DNA from: Planctopirus limnophila DSM 3776
Lineage (GTDB): Bacteria; Planctomycetota; Planctomycetia; Planctomycetales; Planctomycetaceae
Assembly (NCBI RefSeq): GCF_000092105.1
Contig: NC_014148.1
Span: 1,110,001-1,142,000, forward strand
Reading direction: 5' to 3'
Length of the DNA: 32,000 nucleotides
Shown: positions 9,276 through 17,631 of the stretch, piece after piece
Layout: every line of letters begins with the position of its first letter
How positions within the stretch are numbered: position 1 is the stretch's first letter
Position numbers and translations under genes: made by a program
The notes under the pieces: generated by a model
What the model was told of the DNA's origin: nothing
The model's input: the letters and a program-made list of their open reading frames with translations, nothing else
The model's database searches: none

Positions 9276-9298
9276 CCCGCCATCTGGGAGAATTCACC

Positions 9299-10171
9299 GT
9301 GAATGGGGCCTGCTGGCTGGCAGAAAAACGTGGAAATGACGGTGTCGACCTCCGATACCGGGATTATCGCCCTGATCGAAGTGCTGGCTGGACGACTTTG
9401 ATTGTCCATGGAGTGGCCGAGCACGGTGGCCGTTATGACCATGTTTCTCGCTGGCTGCTGCAGCGCGGTGTCCGGGTGATCGTCCCGGATCTTCGCGGCC
9501 ATGGTCGCTCGGGCGGTGTGCGAACTTTCGTCAAGCACTTTTCCCAGTACATTGATGATCTGGTGCTGTTGAGAAAATCTCTCGAAATCGATCCGCAACG
9601 CCTGATGGTGCTGGGACATAGCATGGGGGGGCTGGTCGCTACTCGATATGCTCAGCTCGAACCGCGCGGCCTGGCAGTTCTGGCACTCTCTTCCCCACTT
9701 CTCAAACTTCAGCAACAGATCTCACCGCTCACGCTGGCGATGGGGGCCATTTGTAACATCGTGGCGCCGGCGACGCGTTTCCCCACGAAATTCCGACATG
9801 GACAGATGACGAAAGATCCGCTGGCTCTGGCTAAACGTCAAAGCGATCCTTTTCTCCTGAAGAGTATCACGGCTCGCTGGTTTTTCAGTATGAAGTCGGC
9901 ACTTCAGCAGGTTCACCAGGAAGCATCGGCCATTCGTGTCCCTGTGAAAATTCTGCAAGGGACAGATGATCGCACAGTGCATCCCTCAGGGGCACAGGAA
10001 TTTCTCAATGAGTTGAGCCCAGGCATAACCGCCGAACTTCAATATCTGCCCCAGCATCTGCACGAAATTCTCCAGGAGTCCGACTGGGAAACTTCTCTCA
10101 AGAGCTTTTTCGATTTTGGCAACGAACAGATCGCTCAGCCTTCCCTGCGGCACATTCGACCGACGGGTTGA
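9299..10171 (+). CDS. Alpha/beta hydrolase, lysophospholipase/monoacylglycerol-lipase-like
   Basis: 290 aa with a GTG start, preceded by GGGAG at 8-nt spacing. Contains LIVHGVAEHGGRYDHV, PDLRGHGRS, the nucleophile elbow GHSMGG, and a late D...H region (GTDDRTV ... HEILQE). Confidence 0.85.
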   Translation: MNGACWLAEKRGNDGVDLRYRDYRPDRSAGWTTLIVHGVAEHGGRYDHVSRWLLQRGVRVIVPDLRGHGRSGGVRTFVKHFSQYIDDLVLLRKSLEIDPQRLMVLGHSMGGLVATRYAQLEPRGLAVLALSSPLLKLQQQISPLTLAMGAICNIVAPATRFPTKFRHGQMTKDPLALAKRQSDPFLLKSITARWFFSMKSALQQVHQEASAIRVPVKILQGTDDRTVHPSGAQEFLNELSPGITAELQYLPQHLHEILQESDWETSLKSFFDFGNEQIAQPSLRHIRPTG

Positions 10172-10237
10172 TGAATTCTATGAACTGACTTCACTCCACC
10201 ACGCCTTCAGGAATATTTTTTCTCCACCAGAGCCGAA

Positions 10238-11086
10238 TTATTCCTCTGCGAATTTTCTGAGTCTGAGTGACTGAATCTGCAGGTTTCTGGGCCCGTACTG
10301 GGTGTCATACGTTCCAATGACAATGCCACCTTCGCTGTAATCCCTCAGCGATAGATTCTGGGCCAGTTGGAGAGTGCCGACTTTGAGAGATGCCGCCTGA
10401 TCTTTGACGACCAGTGACACCGGCAGAGAGCCTTTCCATTCCATCCGCCCGAATTCGACGTGTGAATCTTTTTCTGCGGCCCCTTCTTTGAACACACAAT
10501 GGAACCAGGGTGAACCACTGGTTCTGGTGCCGATCTGGAAGAGAGCGTGGCCAGAGCCGTCTTTCCAGCCTAACAGGAAGAACCAGCCACCCGTTCCTTC
10601 GGCCTGCATCATCCCTTCCAGTTCGAACTGATGGGCACTACCAATTTCGATGGCGGCATTGGCTCCTGTCACTCGCGACAGCAGATTGTTGAGAATTCCA
10701 AACTCGCCATTGATGGCAAACTCACCCAGCAGGTGCGGATGGCCTTTGGCCGGCCCGGACAGATTGAGCGTCTTCACGAGTTTGATCGGGCTTTTCTCAG
10801 GCAGGGCCTGCACGCCCACTTTTCGCTGTCGGGGTGGAAGGAACAAAACTTCCCAGGGCGGAGTCTTTTGAGCCTCTTTGGCATTCGGACCAGTGCTTTT
10901 TTTCGATTGCGCCTGGGCGATCGAAGTGGCACCACTCCCCAGAAAACTTCCGGCAGAAATCTGGCACGCCCCGACCAGCATCTGACTCAGCCACTTGCGG
11001 CGATCCTGCATAGCGACAACCTTCACGGTCTGTTCTCTGAATCCCAACTCCGGTTTCCACATCGGCTGAGGAGCGGGTTTAGACAA
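10238..11086 (-). CDS. Exported protein of unknown function with a twin-arginine-like signal
   Basis: 282-aa ORF. DRRKWLSQMLVGACQISAGSFLGSGATSIAQA looks like a Tat signal, and an alternative ATG at 11011 starts MQDRRKWL. The mature part is beta-rich (possibly lectin/jelly-roll-like), but I recognise no diagnostic motif. Confidence 0.65.
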   Translation of the reverse strand: MSKPAPQPMWKPELGFREQTVKVVAMQDRRKWLSQMLVGACQISAGSFLGSGATSIAQAQSKKSTGPNAKEAQKTPPWEVLFLPPRQRKVGVQALPEKSPIKLVKTLNLSGPAKGHPHLLGEFAINGEFGILNNLLSRVTGANAAIEIGSAHQFELEGMMQAEGTGGWFFLLGWKDGSGHALFQIGTRTSGSPWFHCVFKEGAAEKDSHVEFGRMEWKGSLPVSLVVKDQAASLKVGTLQLAQNLSLRDYSEGGIVIGTYDTQYGPRNLQIQSLRLRKFAEE

Positions 11087-11178
11087 CTATCAATAACAGA
11101 TCCCGCACGCTGGAAGCATGAGAAAAATCGAGAAGTCTGGTTCATGATGGCGTTGTTGTTGAGCGATGGAGTTCGCAA

Positions 11179-11862
11179 TCATGCCAGCAATTCCTGCAGC
11201 CAGCGGGTGTCGTGCAGATTGTCGATCAACCAATCGGGTTTTGCAGCTTCCAGCGAATGACGCCCATAAACGCCGGTCGCTACAGCCACAACTCGGGCAC
11301 CAATTGCGCGACCACATTTCACATCGGCAGGAGTGTCTCCCACGACGATCACCGGCAAACGTTCCAATTGAGGTTCATCACCTGTGAGGCGACTCCAGAT
11401 GGATCGCGCGACATCATCGCGATCGACATGTTCATCACCGAAACCGCCATCGGAAAAATGGTGGTCGATCCCATAATGACGCAGTTTGATCCAGGCAGCT
11501 TCTTCGAAGTTGCCTGTCAGCAACGACAACCGCCATTCCCCCGAATGCGAAAGCTGGCTGAGAATTTCCACCGTTCCCGGTAAGAGCCCCCCAGCATGTG
11601 TTTCGAGATATTTTGGCAGATGGGCCAGATATCGATCGCGCAGTTTCATTAGGCTCAGTGGATCACACTCACCACCATGAAACGCAAAGAGATCACGCGT
11701 GATGGCACGATCCGTTCGCCCAGCTGTGGGAATTCCTGTCACTTCTTTCAGCGTGCGAAATTCTTCACGGAAGACATCTTCCATGGCAGCCTGTCCGGCT
11801 CCACCAGCATCGATGAGTGTCCCATCAATATCGAACAGCACAGTCCCGCGTCGAGTCGGCAT
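11179..11862 (-). CDS. HAD-superfamily hydrolase (phosphoglycolate phosphatase-like, subfamily IA)
   Basis: 227 aa with VLFDIDGTLID (motif I, DxDGT), LSLLTGN (motif II) and VVGDTPADVKCGRAIGARVVAVATG (motifs III/IV). Confidence 0.88.
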   Translation of the reverse strand: MPTRRGTVLFDIDGTLIDAGGAGQAAMEDVFREEFRTLKEVTGIPTAGRTDRAITRDLFAFHGGECDPLSLMKLRDRYLAHLPKYLETHAGGLLPGTVEILSQLSHSGEWRLSLLTGNFEEAAWIKLRHYGIDHHFSDGGFGDEHVDRDDVARSIWSRLTGDEPQLERLPVIVVGDTPADVKCGRAIGARVVAVATGVYGRHSLEAAKPDWLIDNLHDTRWLQELLA

Positions 11863-11945
11863 TTCGGGTTTCTCACTTGCTGAAAATCTTGAACTGGAAC
11901 GAAACAGATCACCATTTCTGCGAAAGACATCAACTTATTGCCTCG

Positions 11946-12731
11946 TCATTCGCACACTGGCTCTAAGGGTTGAGGCGAGTCTGTGGCGGACAGGAGGACA
12001 TGACGAACTTCTGCCAGAGTTCGCACAGGTCGCTGGGCTGTATCCACCAGACGAGTGCTGGTTGTGCCAATCAGTCTGGCACCCAATGTTTCGAGGACAT
12101 CGACTCGGCCGGCCAGGATCAGATCTGCAGTCGCGGCTTGGCTGAGTTCCATCAGTTGAACCTGCGGGAACTCCTGCTGAAGTTGCCATCGCAGATCAGA
12201 AAGCCGGTCTTCGCTTTCTTCTGCAAGCGGCCCCAGCGCGACCTTGAGCGGCAGTTCGAGGAGCCTCTCCTGCAACCTTCGAAAAGTGACACGATGGACG
12301 GGATGCACCAGTTCGCCAGCGATTTCGGCCATGGGATCGAGGACAAAGCGGCGATACCAGGCCGCCGGATGCGGAACCGAGAGTTGCGGCAGCTGGATGA
12401 CATCTTCGCCGTAGATCACGAGATCGAGGTCGATTGTTCTGGGACCCCAGGCGAGTGATCGTGATCGGCCAAACTGTTCCTCAATGGTGCGTAGATGATT
12501 GAGAATTACGGTTGCCGGGAGAGTTGATTCGAAGCGGTAAGCGCCATTCAGAAAGACATCGCCTGCGTTTTCGCCGACGGGGATTGTCTGGTAAGGGCGG
12601 CTTGCGATCACTCCATCAATACCTGGAGTCTGCTCGAGTATCTGCCAGACCTGTCGAAAGGTGGCGGCAACATCTCCAATGTTACCACCAGCAGCCACAC
12701 AACAGGTTGGCATGTGCCATGGACCCCGCAT
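11946..12731 (-). CDS. folK: 2-amino-4-hydroxy-6-hydroxymethyldihydropteridine diphosphokinase (HPPK) with a ~95-aa C-terminal extension
   Basis: Contains AAGGNIGD, SRPYQTIPVG, LNGAYRFES, IEEQFGRSR, WGPRTIDLDLVIYG and VPHPAAWYRRFVLDPMAEI. The start may instead be the ATG at 12713 (MPTCCVAAGGN). Confidence 0.88.
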   Translation of the reverse strand: MRGPWHMPTCCVAAGGNIGDVAATFRQVWQILEQTPGIDGVIASRPYQTIPVGENAGDVFLNGAYRFESTLPATVILNHLRTIEEQFGRSRSLAWGPRTIDLDLVIYGEDVIQLPQLSVPHPAAWYRRFVLDPMAEIAGELVHPVHRVTFRRLQERLLELPLKVALGPLAEESEDRLSDLRWQLQQEFPQVQLMELSQAATADLILAGRVDVLETLGARLIGTTSTRLVDTAQRPVRTLAEVRHVLLSATDSPQPLEPVCE

Positions 12732-13043
12732 ATCAACAGTGAAAAAATTGCAGTCTTTGAGGCATCAGTTCACGGATGAGGCAAACTCTCAGCCGTGAAA
12801 TAGGCCAAGAATAAAACTAACCAAATCCATTTCTGCTCACCAGCGTTGGTCCTGGTTTCGAATGGATTTGGGTGAGTGATCGAGTGGATGAAGACCTGGC
12901 TCTTCGCTGGCAGCCGGGATGATTCCAAAGAGAAAGCTTCAGCAATTGGCGGGAAACACCCCGTGGCCAGATCGCTGAAGCCTTGTTGAATGAAACGCGA
13001 AGATGGATGAAATGCAAAAGAGTTGAGGAGTGGTCGGTGTGAC

Positions 13044-13217
13044 TTAAAAACCGTGGCCTTCCAGATCGGACTGGATCCCGCCCCAGTAGTTCGCCTGTGC
13101 ATTACCGAACGCAGAGACACCGGTGATCACGACGAGCAGAATCATGGCCAGCATGACCGCATATTCGACGGCGGTGGGGCCATCTTCACTCCGGAGAAAT
13201 CGAATCACGCTTTCCAT
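13044..13217 (-). CDS. flp: Flp/Fap family type IVb (Tad) pilin, 57 aa; absent from the ORF track because it is shorter than 60 aa
   Basis: Hand translation gives MESVIRFLRSEDGPTAVEYAVMLAMILLVVITGVSAFGNAQANYWGGIQSDLEGHGF*. It carries the Flp processing motif G/xxxxEY (DG|PTAVEYAVML) followed by a hydrophobic helix. GAGG lies upstream of the ATG. Confidence 0.8.
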   Translation of the reverse strand: MESVIRFLRSEDGPTAVEYAVMLAMILLVVITGVSAFGNAQANYWGGIQSDLEGHGF

Positions 13218-13354
13218 GGAAGTCGGAACCTCGCCTGAGAATCTCAGATTTCGGACATGGCCATCTGTCGAAACCTAGCTCGATTTTTCCGATTGGAGAA
13301 ACTTTTTCTGCAATTCGTCCAGAAATCGCTTCCAAAAGTACGGATTCTATCGAC

Positions 13355-13383
13355 TTGACAGCTGAATATCTCCGAGTTATTTT
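13355..13383 (+). promoter_or_regulatory. Candidate sigma-70-type promoter facing the DUF1559 gene
   Basis: TTGACA (13355-13360), a 17-nt spacer, then TATTTT (13378-13383). It would give a ~300-nt leader. This is a motif match only. Confidence 0.3.
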
Positions 13384-13695
13384 AATACACACCTTGTTGG
13401 TGGGTGTTATTTAGCGGGCCGTGTGTGACCTGATCCTATGAACAATCCTGAACAGATAACTCAGCAACGAAGACTGGCCTGCCGGTTTCCCCACCTGAAG
13501 AACACTGACAGGGGAGACGGTAAAGAGGGGTGTTGATCCTGCCCACCGCCCCTCGATTTTCCACAACGGTTCATGCGAATCATCACCCATTGCGGGCGCC
13601 AGCCTGCTGATCCGTCTCTCAAACTCAAACTTCCCCGATGGCTACAGCCATTATTGAATCTGTCGCTCGCCAGATCATCTGAGAAAGGTTTTCCA

Positions 13696-14856
13696 ATGCT
13701 CTTTAAATCCTTTGTTCCTGCTGCACTTCGACGCCGCCCACGCTCACGAGGCTTTACGCTCATTGAGCTGCTCGTGGTCATTGCCATTATTGCGATCCTG
13801 ATTGCTCTGCTGCTACCGGCTGTTCAGCAGGCTCGTGAAGCCGCCCGGCGGACCCAGTGCCGTAATAATCTCAAGCAGATCGGCCTGGCTTTTCATAACT
13901 TTGAAAGCACCTATGGCTTTCTGCCCACCAGCATTCGCCCCACGCTGAATACGGCATCACGTGTGGCAGTCCTGACTGATCTGCTCCCGTACATTGATCA
14001 GGCCGCGATTTACAACCGTTACGACAAATCCACGAACTGGAACTCAGCGAACAACACACCGCTTTCGCAAACGAAAATCACGGCTTTCCAGTGCCCTTCG
14101 AATCCTGATGCGGGTGTGCTTGATCTGGCACCCCCATCCACAGCCGGCGTCTTTATCCCCAACATCGCTGCGACGACGGATTACTCGCCGATCTTCGGGA
14201 TTGCACCGGGTGTCTTTACCACAACATTAGGAACCACAGCCCCGGCAACATTTGTCGATCCAGCCGAAGTTTTCGCTGGCTCCACGACACCTTACACCTA
14301 TGTTCCTGGCTTTTTCCCGAAGAATGCCACCATTGATACCACGACAGGTCAGCCAACCCGCCAGGGGAAAAAATTCCGTGATGTGACCGATGGGCTCAGC
14401 AATACCATCGCCGTGGCCGAATCGGCTGGTCGTCCATTTGTTTACACCAAAGGGCCGAGGAAGCTGGCTGGTGGGAATGCACTCACAGATACCGACGGCA
14501 GCTCAACAAGCACAGATCGCCTCAATTCAGGTGGCTGGTCACGTCCAGCGAGCGACATCATCATCTTTGGCGAAACGACATCGGCAACGGGTGCTCTGGG
14601 TGGTGCTGTCGCCATCAATGCCACGAACGGGCATAACATTCGCGGCCTCTCTTACACCAATTCCGGGATTGCTACGACAATTCTCGGTCTGCCGATTGCC
14701 ACTCACGGAACCGGTTCTCCCTTCTCGTTCCACACGGGTGGTGCTCACTTTACGATGGGGGATGGCTCTGTGCGATTCATCAGCGAGAACGTCGATTTCC
14801 GGAATTTCATCAACCTGTGCACTCCCTCAGGTGGTGAAGTGATTGGTGAATTCTAA
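13696..14856 (+). CDS. DUF1559 protein with prepilin-type N-terminal cleavage/methylation domain
   Basis: GFTLIELLVVIAIIAILIALLLPAVQQAREAARRTQCRNNLKQIGLAFHNFES is the characteristic planctomycete DUF1559 N-terminus. The C-terminus FHTGGAHFTMGDGSVRFISENVD is also typical. I place the start at the ATG at 13696 (MLFKSF...), not the 13573 track start. Confidence 0.9.
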   Translation: MLFKSFVPAALRRRPRSRGFTLIELLVVIAIIAILIALLLPAVQQAREAARRTQCRNNLKQIGLAFHNFESTYGFLPTSIRPTLNTASRVAVLTDLLPYIDQAAIYNRYDKSTNWNSANNTPLSQTKITAFQCPSNPDAGVLDLAPPSTAGVFIPNIAATTDYSPIFGIAPGVFTTTLGTTAPATFVDPAEVFAGSTTPYTYVPGFFPKNATIDTTTGQPTRQGKKFRDVTDGLSNTIAVAESAGRPFVYTKGPRKLAGGNALTDTDGSSTSTDRLNSGGWSRPASDIIIFGETTSATGALGGAVAINATNGHNIRGLSYTNSGIATTILGLPIATHGTGSPFSFHTGGAHFTMGDGSVRFISENVDFRNFINLCTPSGGEVIGEF

Positions 14857-14932
14857 GCCATTATTCTGCCCAAGGATTTGCTCCAGTGGCTGGTCAAACT
14901 GATAAAGATTGGCCCGCAGCCTGTTGTATGAG

Positions 14933-14967
14933 GAAAGGGGTGCTCAGCTTCCTGCAGCACCCCTTTC
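14933..14967 (+). terminator. Strong stem-loop between the DUF1559 gene and its lipoprotein partner (possible attenuator or terminator)
   Basis: Perfect 12-bp stem: gaaaggggtgct (14933-14944) pairs with agcacccctttc (14956-14967), with an 11-nt loop. The tail tgttcctg is only weakly U-rich. Confidence 0.35.
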
Positions 14968-15072
14968 TGTTCCTGCCCTCGTTCTGCAAGTTCGCTCTTC
15001 GCCCCAAGGAGCTTTCCTGGCGAGTTGCGCCTTCCCTCGATCTCTCTGTTTCGCTCGAAAGAGATACACAAG

Positions 15073-15519
15073 ATGTTGCTTCGATCCTCTCGTCTCCACC
15101 AACACCTCACTGGACTCGTATTCGCCGCATTGACCTTAGCAGTCTTCGGTTGTGGATCTGGTGAACCCTGGAAAATCTCTCACCCGGTGAGTGGGACTGT
15201 CACCTATAAAGGCAAGCCAGTGAAAGATGCTGAACTTGCTTTCTTCCCTCTGGATGAACGATTTCCCGAATCGGTCCGGCCACTGGCAAAAACCAAAGAA
15301 TCGGGCGAATTCGTCGTAGGGACTTATGATCGCGAAGATGGCGCACCGGCAGGAAAATATAAAGTGACTGTCGTGCATCACGAGATTGTCGTTTCCAAAG
15401 GTGGTATGGGAACAAAACCCAATGACCTGCCGAAAAAATACGCGACGAAAGAAACCACAGACCTCATTATCGAGGTTCCATCAGGAGGTACTCAACTTCC
15501 TCCCTTTGAACTGAAGTAA
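15073..15519 (+). CDS. Small lipoprotein with a carboxypeptidase-regulatory/transthyretin-like fold, the usual DUF1559 partner
   Basis: 148 aa from the ATG at 15073. The signal plus lipobox is LTLAVFG|C. It is followed by VSGTVTYKGKPVKDAELAFFP...GEFVVGTY...GKYKVTVV. Confidence 0.8.
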   Translation: MLLRSSRLHQHLTGLVFAALTLAVFGCGSGEPWKISHPVSGTVTYKGKPVKDAELAFFPLDERFPESVRPLAKTKESGEFVVGTYDREDGAPAGKYKVTVVHHEIVVSKGGMGTKPNDLPKKYATKETTDLIIEVPSGGTQLPPFELK

Positions 15520-15533
15520 CAATGCTCTCAAGC

Positions 15534-16031
15534 TTACTCATCAGCCAGCCAGCGGAGGATGTCTTCCTCGCCTTCTTTAGAGTTTGGATCAGGCTGAGGA
15601 CGTGCCGGGGGACGGGCTGGCGGCTGGGTTCGGGGCGGTCGTGGTCTGCGTTCTGGTTCAGCTAAACCGGCCTTTTCGAGCAGCGAGCGAGAGAAGGGAT
15701 TTACTTCTTCATTGGCAGGGGGTGGATCTGAGCTGCCCGGCACAAAATCGATCACGAACTTGTGCTTTGCAAACGTGACTTCGTCGCCCGGCTTGAGCCA
15801 GCGCTCGTCGTGGCGAACGCCGTTGACTTTGGTCCCATTGCTCGAACCCAGGTCGTGAATTTTCCAATGCCCCTGCTCGTAGAGCAGTTCGCAATGCTGC
15901 GAGGAAACATTCGAGAATTCGAGGACAATATCGCACGTCGGGCGGCGGCCCACCACAATCCGCGATTGCAATAACGGAATCGGATCACCACCTCCGACCG
16001 GGACTAACTGACCGAGCATAGTTCTTTCCAT
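15534..16031 (-). CDS. FHA domain-containing protein with a Pro/Arg-rich C-terminal tail
   Basis: VVGRRPTCDIVLEFSNVSSQHCELLYEQGHWKIHDLGSSNGTKVNGV...LKPGDEVTF contains the FHA G-R...S-xx-H...NGT signature. Confidence 0.88.
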   Translation of the reverse strand: MERTMLGQLVPVGGGDPIPLLQSRIVVGRRPTCDIVLEFSNVSSQHCELLYEQGHWKIHDLGSSNGTKVNGVRHDERWLKPGDEVTFAKHKFVIDFVPGSSDPPPANEEVNPFSRSLLEKAGLAEPERRPRPPRTQPPARPPARPQPDPNSKEGEEDILRWLADE

Positions 16032-16304
16032 GTCTGTTTCGCGACGGGCCCGCGATCAAGACGACAACGGTTCATGCTTTTGATCTCGAACGTGCGCTTT
16101 TCGAGGGTCAATTCATGGATCCCGTTGTCCTGACGTCAATTATCGCATTTCGAGAACCAAAGACCACATCGAAAATCTGCCAGATGCCATTCTCCGGCAA
16201 TGCGCCTACAACCTTAACAGAACAACCCGCGAGTTATTCCATGATCACAACAGCAAATACGCCAGATTCCCACAGTAGATTTCCATAGACATAAGGTTTG
16301 ATTC

Positions 16305-17060
16305 ATGTCGGCAACTGATCCCGTCGTTATTCTGGGTGCAACCGGTGGAATTGGTACGGCTCTTGCGCGTCGCCTGCACAACGCGGGAACGCCGCTCTAT
16401 CTGACCGGCCGGGATCCTGAAAAGCTTCAGGTCTTGATGAATGAGCTGGGTGCTCCCGGTCAGGTGGTCGATGTCCTGCAGTCGGGTGAAATCGAAGCGG
16501 CCTGCCAGAATGCAGCCTCGACGACAGGCACCCTCTCCGGCATTGCGAATTGCGTCGGTTCGCTCATTCTCAAGCCCGCCCATCTCACGACTGATCAGGA
16601 ACTGATGAATACGCTCATGCTGCACATCGGGGGCAGTCTGGCGGTTGTGCGGGCCGCTGCGAAGCTCATGCGAGGTGCCGGTGGTTCGATTGTGCTGGTC
16701 TCTTCGGCCGCTGCCCGGATCGGGCTGGCGAATCATGAGGCGATTGCCGCCGCTAAGGGAGGCATTCAAGGCCTGGCCCTTTCGGCAGCCGCGACTTATG
16801 CCAGTAAAAATATCCGCGTGAACGTCGTGGCCCCGGGACTTGTGCGAACAGCACTTACGCAGAAGATCTGGCAAAGCTCAGCGTCAGAAGCCATGTCGGC
16901 CCAGATGCATGCATTAGGCCGGATTGGTGAACCCGACGATGTCGCCAGCCTGATGCAATGGCTGCTCGATCCTGCCCAGACCTGGGTGACAGGCCAGATC
17001 TTCGGCATCGACGGCGGCCTGGGCGTCATCGCTCCCCGCCCCAAACAAAGCGCCGGTTGA
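16305..17060 (+). CDS. Short-chain dehydrogenase/reductase (SDR) family protein, atypical active site
   Basis: Contains ILGATGGIGTALARRL (TGxxxGxG), IVLVSSAAA, AAAKGGIQGL and NIRVNVVAPGLVRT. The position four residues before the conserved Lys is Ile, not Tyr, by eye alignment. Confidence 0.88.
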   Translation: MSATDPVVILGATGGIGTALARRLHNAGTPLYLTGRDPEKLQVLMNELGAPGQVVDVLQSGEIEAACQNAASTTGTLSGIANCVGSLILKPAHLTTDQELMNTLMLHIGGSLAVVRAAAKLMRGAGGSIVLVSSAAARIGLANHEAIAAAKGGIQGLALSAAATYASKNIRVNVVAPGLVRTALTQKIWQSSASEAMSAQMHALGRIGEPDDVASLMQWLLDPAQTWVTGQIFGIDGGLGVIAPRPKQSAG

Positions 17061-17169
17061 TGCCCCCCTTACTTAGAAAGTTTGCATCGTCGTCCCACCA
17101 AACGAGCGCCATCAAAACGAGCCGGAAGCGTCAGCGACGGGCACTCTCATTCTCCGACGACTTCAATGC

Positions 17170-17631
17170 TCACACACGAGTAATCCTCAACTCGAGATAA
17201 TCCATCAGAAACTCATCAAATGTGTTAGCCAAATGCTTGGTAGTCTTTTTAAAAACATCAAAACTAACAACGGGGCATTCATCGCCTGTAAACAAGTTAG
17301 TATCAATACACAATACAACGTCGTCTGAGCCTAAGTAAACTACGATCAGATTTAATGGTAACCCATAATCAGTACGGCTTAACATCGTGTCGCCGTAAAT
17401 GGTTCCCCGATAGTCAAGTGAAGGGTTATCGTCTTCAATGCCAGAAATCTCTTCGCCAACAATGCCGCCACCGCCATATTCTTCGAGGAACTTCTGGAGT
17501 GACAGGGGCAGCCGTGTATGAAGTAATTCCTGTAGTCTCTCGATCGAGCCTCTCGATGCATTTCCCAGCCAATAAATGTCACTTCCTGCGTCTTTAAGCT
17601 TTTCAATCAATAACTTGATATCTGTCATCAT
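17170..17631 (-). CDS. SMI1/KNR4 (SUKH-1) family protein, immunity-protein-like
   Basis: 153 aa. SIERLQELLHTRLPLSLQKFLEEYGGG...GIEDD...VVYLGSDD...VVSFD is typical of SMI1_KNR4/SUKH. Hand counts of two 60-nt lines give ~37-40% GC, against ~60% for a line of the neighbouring SDR gene. Confidence 0.8.
   Translation of the reverse strand: MMTDIKLLIEKLKDAGSDIYWLGNASRGSIERLQELLHTRLPLSLQKFLEEYGGGGIVGEEISGIEDDNPSLDYRGTIYGDTMLSRTDYGLPLNLIVVYLGSDDVVLCIDTNLFTGDECPVVSFDVFKKTTKHLANTFDEFLMDYLELRITRV

Noticed and set aside
8983-9297. 104-aa minus-strand ORF in the AT-rich spacer
   Set aside because: Its start would lie 2 nt from the divergent hydrolase start, leaving no room for either promoter. It has no recognisable motif; I considered and dismissed PilZ, STAS and CsrA.
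12770-13120. 116-aa minus-strand ORF
   Set aside because: Its 5' part overlaps the well-supported flp pilin gene (13044-13217) in another frame, and its translation has no recognisable features.
13573-13695. Upstream extension of the DUF1559 ORF, and likewise 15025-15072 for the lipoprotein and 27710-27793 for the opgG-coupled ORF
   Set aside because: The extensions add residues that do not resemble a signal sequence ahead of the true N-terminal motifs, or they overlap the preceding gene. Internal ATGs give canonical N-termini.
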